From the NCBI RefSeq assembly GCF_030684315.1, contig NC_081386.1, positions 29,741,020-29,805,019 on the forward strand: a stretch of 64,000 nt of DNA, read 5' to 3'. The notes under the pieces were generated by a model, which was not told the origin of the DNA, made no database searches, and was given only the letters and a program-made list of their open reading frames with translations. The DNA is from Stegostoma tigrinum. Its lineage: Eukaryota. Both the position numbers and the translations under genes were made by a program. How positions within the stretch are numbered: the stretch's first letter is position 1; each line of letters starts with the position of its first letter. This document shows positions 56,156-64,000 of the stretch, one piece after another.

Positions 56156-56809
56156 TGAGTGCTCCCAGTATCCTGACCCATATTTGTCTGCCTGTCAACA
56201 TCATTAAAACCAGTGTTTGCTGTTTGTGGGATCTCTCTGTGTGCAGGTTTGCTGCCACACTTTCCACATTACAATAGTAGTTACATTTCAAAACTGCTTC
56301 ATTGGGCATTAAACCATTTAGCTGTGAGATGGCCTGAGGTTGTAAAAGGTTTTATAAAAATGCGTTTTTTTAAATTTTGTTGGACAAAGAAGTTAGAAAT
56401 ATTTTTAATGTATGTGTTTTTTTAAAAGTCTCTTAGCCTGTATAGTTAGCTGTCCTGTGACGAGATCGTTCACTTGCTGACCTGTTATAATTTAAATGGC
56501 CCTTTAGCTGTCCCTAGCAACTCTCGTTGCCAGGGAGTAATGAGCCTGCCTGTCCCCGGCTGCCGTTACACAAAAATAATTTTAAACATTTCACTACAAT
56601 CCACCATCCAGTTCAGGAGCAGCTCCAGCGGAAACTCCAGAATTTAATGCCTGAGATTGTAGCTCAGTACTAGTTACTAGTGGATGAGGCATGTCTAGAA
56701 TTTGTAGCCACAAGGTCCACAGGTGTGGAGAAAAGGGCAAAACTGGAAACAAAACTGATTAAAGATAACAGAGAAAACACAAACTTAACCTTGTTTGAAA
56801 CTGAGGTGT

Positions 56810-57300
56810 GTATACACATATGTAAGGGTATGTGTTTGGGTAGATTATGTATGTGTGTGTGTATGTGTGCATGTGTCTATATGTGTACGTGGGCATGTGG
56901 GGGTGTATGAGTGTGTTTGTGTGTGTATGTTCCTGTGTGTGAACATAAGTATTTATTCCTGTCTTCTTATTCCTATGTGCATGTGTGTATCTGTGTGTTC
57001 TGTGCATGTGTTTACTTGTTCCTGTGTGTTAAGTATGTATTTCTTCCTCTGTGTGTCTACGTTGCTGTGAATTTGTGCGCATTTGTGTCTTTAGTCCTGT
57101 TTATGTCTGGATGTGTATCTGTCACCACTGTGCGTGTATGTCTATATTCCTGTGTATGCGTGACTATGTCATGTCGCTGTATGTTTGTTCCTGTGAATGT
57201 TCTGCATGCATGTGTTTCTGTGTGCATGTTCCTGTATGCGTGTGTTCCTGAGTGTGTTTGTTCCTGTGGGTGTATGTTCCTGTGGTTGTGTGCATGCCTG
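56810..57300. repeat. TG-rich low-complexity / degenerate microsatellite
   Basis: Repeated tgtgtg/tatgtg/tgttcctgtg units. Confidence 0.9.
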
Positions 57301-57369
57301 TAAGATAGATTAACAGCTGGTAGCTGGAATCTGACCCTGTGGGAAGCCTGATCCCGTAACCATAGTGAC

Positions 57370-57440
57370 CAGGATATTTATTGCATCCACCAAACATTAT
57401 TCAGTGTGGATTGGTGGACTTTAGCCTATAATCAGATAGA
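57370..57440 (+). promoter_or_regulatory. Putative CALML4 promoter (CDX-like TTTATTG, HNF4-like DR1, TATAA, GATA)
   Basis: TTTATTG 57377-57383; TGGACTTTAGCCT 57415-57427; TATAA 57427-57431; AGATAG near 57434. Confidence 0.45.
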
Positions 57441-57532
57441 TGGAGTTTAGGGCAAGCTGTACTGGATTGCAACTAGAGAGACAAACACATCATTAAAGGG
57501 AGAAGGAAAACAGGGAGGAAGCAAAAGAAAAA

Positions 57533-57535
57533 ATG
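57533..57535 (+). CDS. CALML4: CALML4 exon 1 coding part (ATG only)
   Basis: aaaATG|gtaaaa followed by an 89-nt intron; calmodulin-family genes typically have an intron directly after the ATG. Confidence 0.65.
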
Positions 57536-57624
57536 GTAAAAATACAACAGGAGAAACCCAGAGCTTTCAAAATAATTCTTCATGTGGAAACACAAAGCAA
57601 TAACTTTTGTTGTTCCAATTACAG

Positions 57625-57655
57625 GCTAAATTTTTCACTCAAGATGAAATCCATG
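57625..57655 (+). CDS. CALML4: CALML4 exon 2 (AKFFTQDEIH-E); later exons not found in this window
   Basis: ttacag|GCTAAATTTTTCACTCAAGATGAAATCCATG|gtgagt. The 31-nt exon is typical of the calmodulin family, resembles human CALML4 AKFLSQDQIN, and sits in the syntenic position after CLN6. Confidence 0.85.
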
Positions 57656-60014
57656 GTGAGTATGAGTCTATATATGGTATGGTATGTTTGTTTACTTATG
57701 TCTTGAAGGTTATTGGAGTCCCTAGTGCCTAACCTCTGTTCCCCTGCTATGGCGACAATCTCCTCTCCTCAAACATCCCTCTAATCTTTGGCCCCCAGTT
57801 CTGAGGCCCTGTAAATTATAGTGACCTGTCCCCAGGTGAGATTCCCTAATTTATTACAGTTCCACATGGATGTCCCACATTGTCAGAAGTCCCAGGTAAG
57901 GACAAATAAACTGTCTCCCCATTTTATTTATCAGTCCCCTCTGTTGGATGCAACAAGGTGAACTTAAGAAAGAACCCCTTCCTTCATGAAGGCCTTTCTC
58001 CCAGACAAAAGAACTTCAGGTTTGAAAAGGGGCCAGTTTAACTAGGCTTTTTTTGAATTAACAAATTAGCAAGTTTATTAGTTTCTAAACCTGAGGTGAT
58101 GACAAAAGAATTGAGTCCAATAAAAGGTAGAAGTTAAGGCAATACAGACCGGTCATGCATGCGGAGTAAATAGTGGAACAATGAGAATTGAGCAGTTGAG
58201 TTTGACTTTCCTGGCTTTGCAGTTGGCCAAAATTCTTTTGTCCCATTTCCTTTTGAACTGGTTTGCTAACTAGTTTCCAGTGCTCAAAGAGAGATTTCCT
58301 TTACTTGAAATACAGGGGTGACTAGTGGATGCTTCTTCAACTGTGACTTTCACATTCCACCAATTCTCAAACCCACAACAGTTCACACAAATAGCTCAAC
58401 CCATTCATACACATAAGAGTTTCAGCCTATTGATACATATAGAACAGGGCGAGACTTGCTTTAATCCCCCTATATTCTTGAAAGGGGAAATGCAACGGTA
58501 CTTATTGCCACAATCACTAACATTAGACCCATCGTGTTCATTGTCTAAGGTAGTCACAAGGGAATACAGTTCAGTTGGTAATATATTTCTCCCTTTGAAG
58601 CTACTTTGTTACTTTCAGATGTGACATTTCAGAAATCCTCCGCAGGTAGTCGATTGATTTACATTTTTGTCTGAATCTGTCCTCCTGAGAAAAATGTTGT
58701 AACAGCAACTGGACATAATTAAAAGTTTTTTTATATCCATGGGTGACCAGTCTCATGATCCACAGTCATGACATTTCCCTTGAAAAATGACTAATTCATT
58801 CTCATCTCATTTCAAAAATGCAGGGAAAAAAATAGAAAGTAACATTAAAAAAGACACATTCACTCCTGTACATAGAACATAGAACATAGAACACTACAGC
58901 GCAGTACAGGCCCTTCGGCCCTCGAAGTTGAGCCAACCTGTGAAACCAAATCGAAGCCCATCTAACCTACACTATTCCATTATTATCCATATGTTTATCC
59001 AATGACCAATCAAATGCCCTTACACTTGGCGAGTCTACTACTGTTGCAGGCAGGGTATTCCACGCCCTTACTACTCTCTGCGTAAAGAACCTACCTCTGA
59101 CATCTGTCCTATATCTATCACCCCTCAATTTAAAGCTATGTCCCGTCGTATAAAAGTGCCCTTGCATTGTAATACTACTCTCGGTCAATTCTACCTCTTC
59201 AGTTCTAAATCGAGTCTTTCAAGGTTATGGACGGGCTCTGCAATCCAGTTTCCTGGTGGTTTACTTTTATGTTGGGGCAACAAGCTCCAGTGAATAGCAT
59301 TGTAAACCTACCACAATAGTGATTGGCTTGTGGTCAGCATAACCTGTGGTCTCTCTATACTACTTTGTGATATAGATTTCAAAGTGTTTGACAGTCACTG
59401 TTAAACTGAAGGCTTCCTTCTCATAATTATAGAGTCAGAGCCATACAACACAGACACAGATCCTTTGGTCCAACTCATCAGTGGCTACCAGACATCCCAA
59501 TCTGACCTAGTCCCATTTGCAAGCATTTGGCCCATCTCCCTGTAAACCCTTCCTGTTCATATACCCATCTAGGTACCTTTTAAATGTTGCAGTTGTACCG
59601 GTCTCCATCACTTTGTCTGGCAGTTCATTCTATAGATGCACCATCCACTGCAAGAAAAGAAGTTACCCCTCAGGTCCTTCTTAAATCTTTCCCCGCTTAC
59701 CTTAAACCTATGTCCTCTAGTTTTAGACTTCCCCACCCTAGGAAAAATTCTATTTACTCTATCCACACCCCTCACGATTTTATAAACCTCCATGATGTCC
59801 CCTTATCCTCTAACACTCCAGGATAAAAAGCCCCAACCTACTCAACCTCTCCCTGTAACTCAAACCCTCTATCCTTGTAAATCCTTTCTGCACCCTCTCA
59901 AGTTTAACAACATCCTTTTTATAAAAGAATGACTGCAATTGTATGCAGTATTCTAAAAGCGGCCTCACCAATGACCTCTATAGCCGCATGACGTCCCAAC
60001 TCCTATATTCAATG

Positions 60015-60116
60015 CAACAAAAACAAAGTTGCTGGAAAAGCTCAGCAGTTCTGGCAGCATCTGTGGAGGAGAAAACAGAGTTAACGTTTCGGGTCCAGTG
60101 ACCCTTCCTCAAAACC
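60015..60116 (-). mobile_element. Family A half element with hammerhead-like motif (60079-60116)
   Basis: ggtt-TTGAGGA-a-GGGTC-actg-GACCC-GAAA-cGTT-aact; the core C3 is replaced by T. Confidence 0.75.
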
Positions 60117-60229
60117 TATACTCAATGTGCTGACCAATGAAGGCAAGCATACCAAAGAGCCTTCTTCATCGCCCAGTCTACCTGCAACTCCACTTTCAAG
60201 GAACTATGCACCTGCATTTCTAGGTGGAA

Positions 60230-62560
60230 TATTATTTCTGATGTGGGGTTAGCTTATTGCGGGTAAGTACCTGATCACACTCTCTCTCTCTCTCTCTCTC
60301 TCTCTTAAATACCTCCTCCTGTAGAAGGACAGCCCCTACCCCAATGTCACTCACATTGATAGTTACTTCCAATCCTAGCTTGGGATTTGGAGCTGCAAGC
60401 ACAAGTTTGTTTGTTGAAATTGACTTCCACTTTCCAAAGCAGTTTGACGTCACTCAGGCCACACTCCTTCTGCTTTTCCGATCTATCTAATCGGTCTATC
60501 GGAGGTACAGTACTGAGCTGAAATTTGAGACAAATCTTTGTCAGATCCCATACATTCCCTAAAACCGTATGATTTCCAGTTTTGTCATGGGAATGGGGAA
60601 CTGTGATATTGTTTCTACCTTTGTAGCCCTGGGAAGGGCTCTTACTTGATTGTCCAAAATTGGTCATTTGAGGCTTAGCAAACACGCTGTTGCAAGATTG
60701 ACCTTAGAGTCATGGAAACTGACCCTTTGGTCCAACTAATCCATGCCGACCATGTTCCAAAACTAAACTAGTCCCACTTGCCTGTGTTTGGCCCCTGTCC
60801 CCCAAACCCTTCTTATTCATGTACTTATCCAAATGTATTATAAATGTTGTCGTTGTAACTGCATCCACCATTTTCTCTAGCACTTCATTCCACACAGTAA
60901 CCACTGTCTATGTAAAAAAAAGTTGCCCTTCATGTCCTTTATAAATCTTTCTCCTCTCACTTTAAAAAATATACTCCCGAGTTTTGAACTCACCACCCTA
61001 GGGAAAAGACCCTCGCTATTCACTTTAACTATGCCCCTCGTGATTTTATAAGCATCTACAAGGTCACACCTTAACTTGAATGAAAAAAGTCCCAGCCTGC
61101 CCAGCCTACATTTATAACTCAAATCCTCCATTCATGGCAATATTCTGGCAAATCTTTTCTGAACCCCACCAATTTAATAATATCCTTCCTATAGCATGGT
61201 GACCAGCGCTGCATATGTAGTCCAGAAGAGCCCTTACCAAAGTCCTATACAACCTCAACATGGTGTCCCAATTCCTATACTCAAAGGTCTGAGCAATGAA
61301 GGCAAGTGTGATAAATGCCTTCTTAACCACCCTGTCTACTTGTGCTGAAAATTTCAAAGAATTATGTACCTGATCCTCTAGGTCTCTGTTTGACAACAGG
61401 ACCCAGGGCCCTACCATTAATTGTATAGTTTGTTTGTTTACCAGAGTGTAACACTTAACACTTTGTAATCTTAGTTAGCCTTCCTCACTGACCACTTAGC
61501 TGACCACCAATTTTGGTGTCTTCTGCAAACTTGCTAACCATCCCTCCTTTATTCCAATCCAAATTGTTTATATAAATGACAAACAAAAGTGGACCAGCAC
61601 TGCTGCCTGTGGAACACTGCTGGTCACGGGCCTCCAGTCCGAAAAGTAACTCTCCACCATTGGTAACAAAGTGTGGAGCTGGATGAATACAGCAGGTCAA
61701 GCAGCATCTTAGGAGCACAAGAGCTGTGCTCCTAAGATGCTGCTTGGCCTGCTGTGTTCATCCAGCTCGACACTTTGTTAACTCGGATTCTTCAGCATCT
61801 GCAGTTCCCATTATCTCTCTCCACCATTGGTCTGTCTCCTACCATCAAGCCAATTTTGTATCCAATTGGTGAGCTCGCTCTGAATCCCATGCGATCTAAC
61901 TTTACTAATTAGTTTAGCCCCTGTCCCTCCAAACCCTTTCAAAAGGTTATCAAAGGCTTTACTAAAGTCCATATAAACAATGTTTATTATTCTGCTCTCA
62001 TCAATGTTTTTGGTTATTTTGTCAAAAACTGAATCAATTTTGTGCGTCATGATTTGTCTCACACAAAACTATAATTTCCTATATTTCCTATAACTATAAC
62101 TGTAAACTATAGTGGCCATAATTTCTGAATGAGGTCTCCAGGTTTCTCTAAATGCCTTTCAAAAAGTGTGTCTGCACTCTCTGGATACAATACACAATCA
62201 GACACTCCTGCTACTACTTAGTTCATCAGCGTTCGAAAGATGTCTTGATCATTTTGCAGTTTGAATGACATGACTCAACATTGGTGTAACCAGTTTGGAG
62301 TTACAAAGTGAAGGTTTCCTTTGTGTAGACAGTCAGGGGAACCTGCCAGTACCCCTTGTGCAAATCTACCGTATTAACGTAGGTTGCTTTACCAAACCTT
62401 TCTATGCAATTTTCCAACCAGAGTATCAGGTAGGAATTGGCTTTCATCACTGTGTTAACCTTTTAGTAGTCAGTCTGGAGCCTTGCAGAATCACCCAACC
62501 TTTCCATAAACATAACAGAGAAAGTTACTGCGGCTAGTCTCCATTAGTGACTGCCATAGT
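60230..62560 (-). mobile_element. Degenerate Gypsy/Ty3 pol fragments (RT ~62100-62520; RT/RNase H ~60230-60690), split by CR1
   Basis: LVLAAPNPK..INVSDIGVGAVLLQEE (RNase H DAS motif region); RLQTDY*KVNTVMKANSY (RT, like LCVDYRKVN..DSYP). Confidence 0.7.
61665..61816. mobile_element. Family B fold-back mini-element inside a CR1
   Basis: 56-bp inverted arms; 15-bp TSD CTCTCCACCATTGGT at 61650-61664 and 61817-61831. Confidence 0.9.
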
Positions 62561-63399
62561 ATTTCTGCTCCTGAACCCGAGCCAGCTTTTCTGGGCCTAA
62601 CCAATAGAGATGTAGCCTTATGAGAGGGTCCAACAACATTGTACCCAGCATCAACACTATGCAGAACTACGGTGAAGCAGCTTGTCCTCTCTCTCCATAA
62701 CCCCTTAAATACAGTGAGCAGCCTCCTTACAAACCAACTCAGGGAATACTGGAGAAGCTCAACTGGTCTGGCAGCATCTAGAGTTGGAGAAACTGAGTCA
62801 ACCACCCCCGTCCCACCACCTCCTTCTTGTCAATCGCTGTAATGTGCCTTTAGGAAGCTATCATCATCTGAAAGCTGCCCGAAAAACAGAAGCTGTTGGG
62901 AAAAATAATGTCTACTTATTAGTTATCAGTTTGGAGCAATATCCATCAGGTTTATTCAGAATGTAACTAAATGACACTGTTTAATGACTGAAGCCCTCAG
63001 AGGTGCGGGAGAAGGCCATTCAGCCCCTTACTTGTTCTGGGCCATTTACCATTTACCCCATCTCCTCTTTCCTGCTCTATTCCCATTCCCCCATGACAGT
63101 CAATGAACCAGTGCATAACATGGTACTGAGGCTAACAGCAACTTGACTGCTGAGGGCAAGCTGCCCTGATTGAGGTGAGGTTGTATGGGCAGGGAATGAG
63201 GGTATTACATTGTCCATGGTGAGGCTACAATTGGCTCAGTTTCTTTTAATAACCAACAAAACAGTAGGCTATCAGCGCTGTAAGTCCACTTCCTCCATTT
63301 AGTGAGATCATGACAGTTCTTCTGCTGTCATATCATTTTCCTGCGCTCTTCATCATTTACATTTTGGTTTTTCTACCCCACTGTAGGAGCTAGAAGTCC

Positions 63400-63760
63400 T
63401 TAATTTTTTAATTCATTCATGGGATGAGGGCAACACTGGCCAGGCAGCATTTATTGCTCATCCCTAATTGCCCAGAGAGCAGTTAAGATTCATTACCATG
63501 GCTCTTCAGTCACATGTAGGCCAGACCAGGTAAGGATGGCAGTTTCCTTCCACAAAGGCCTTTAGTGAACCAGATGAGTTTTCTGCCCTGACAATCAGCA
63601 ATGGATTCATTGCCATCCTAGACTTTTCATTCCACATATTTATTGAATTCAAATTCCACTATCTGCCATGGTGGGATTCAAACCCGGGTTCTCAAAACAT
63701 TATCTGGGTCTCTGGGTTTACAGTCCAGCAGTAATACCATTAGGCCATTGCCTCCCCTTG
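63400..63760 (-). mobile_element. tRNA-derived SINE; an older copy lies at ~36235-36545 (+) in the CLN6 3' UTR
   Basis: A/B-box-like head (ggcctaatggta...ggtttgaatccc) and atcccatgaatgaa tail shared by both copies. Confidence 0.7.
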
Positions 63761-64000
63761 TGAGCTTTGCAGAGTGTGGACATCAATCTAAGGCTAGAAT
63801 GGGCTCCATAACTGATACTGTCTGTGTCAATACTTTAGGGAGAACTTTTTGCTTGATAAAACATTCTGGTTTAAATTCTTCAAACTGTTTCTGGGCTCTG
63901 ACCCCACCTGTGAGTTGCCTTTCGGTGCCATCATCCCAGAGAGAGCCAATTATTCCAATAATTGCATACTTCGCACATCCTCCACACCATGCCCAAATTA

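Larger units (their letters stand above)
59430..62070 (-). mobile_element. CR1 fragments (59430-60225 and 60705-62070) in CALML4 intron 2
   Basis: IVYMDFSKAFD, LFVIYINNLD..SKFAEDTKIGG, EVYKIVRGVDRV. Confidence 0.85.

Noticed and set aside
56680-57397. Cys/Val- and His/Thr-rich ORFs
   Set aside because: Translation artefacts of the TG microsatellite.

Overview
Eukaryotic genomic DNA, most likely a shark (inferred from HE1/V-SINE-like, Deu-SINE-like, CR1/HER1-like and Penelope repeats). It holds a complete two-exon FEM1B (minus strand, 637 aa), a complete seven-exon CLN6 (plus strand, 300 aa) lying head-to-head with FEM1B about 3.1 kb away, and the first two coding exons of CALML4 (plus strand). 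This is the FEM1B-CLN6-CALML4 order known from human 15q23. The rest is dense in transposons. The most notable non-gene signal is three Penelope-derived families whose termini carry minimal hammerhead-ribozyme cores and form fold-back structures with 11-16 bp target-site duplications (TSDs). One copy is inserted in the polypyrimidine tract of CLN6 exon 2. Other highlights: two stop/start-overlapping uORFs chained to the FEM1B start codon, a His-to-Gln change next to the FEM1B zinc-binding Cys, a C-terminal KKxx in CLN6, and an unexplained 73-nt hairpin. Repeat boundaries were read by eye and are approximate unless a TSD is given. Comparisons with human genes are from memory and need checking.
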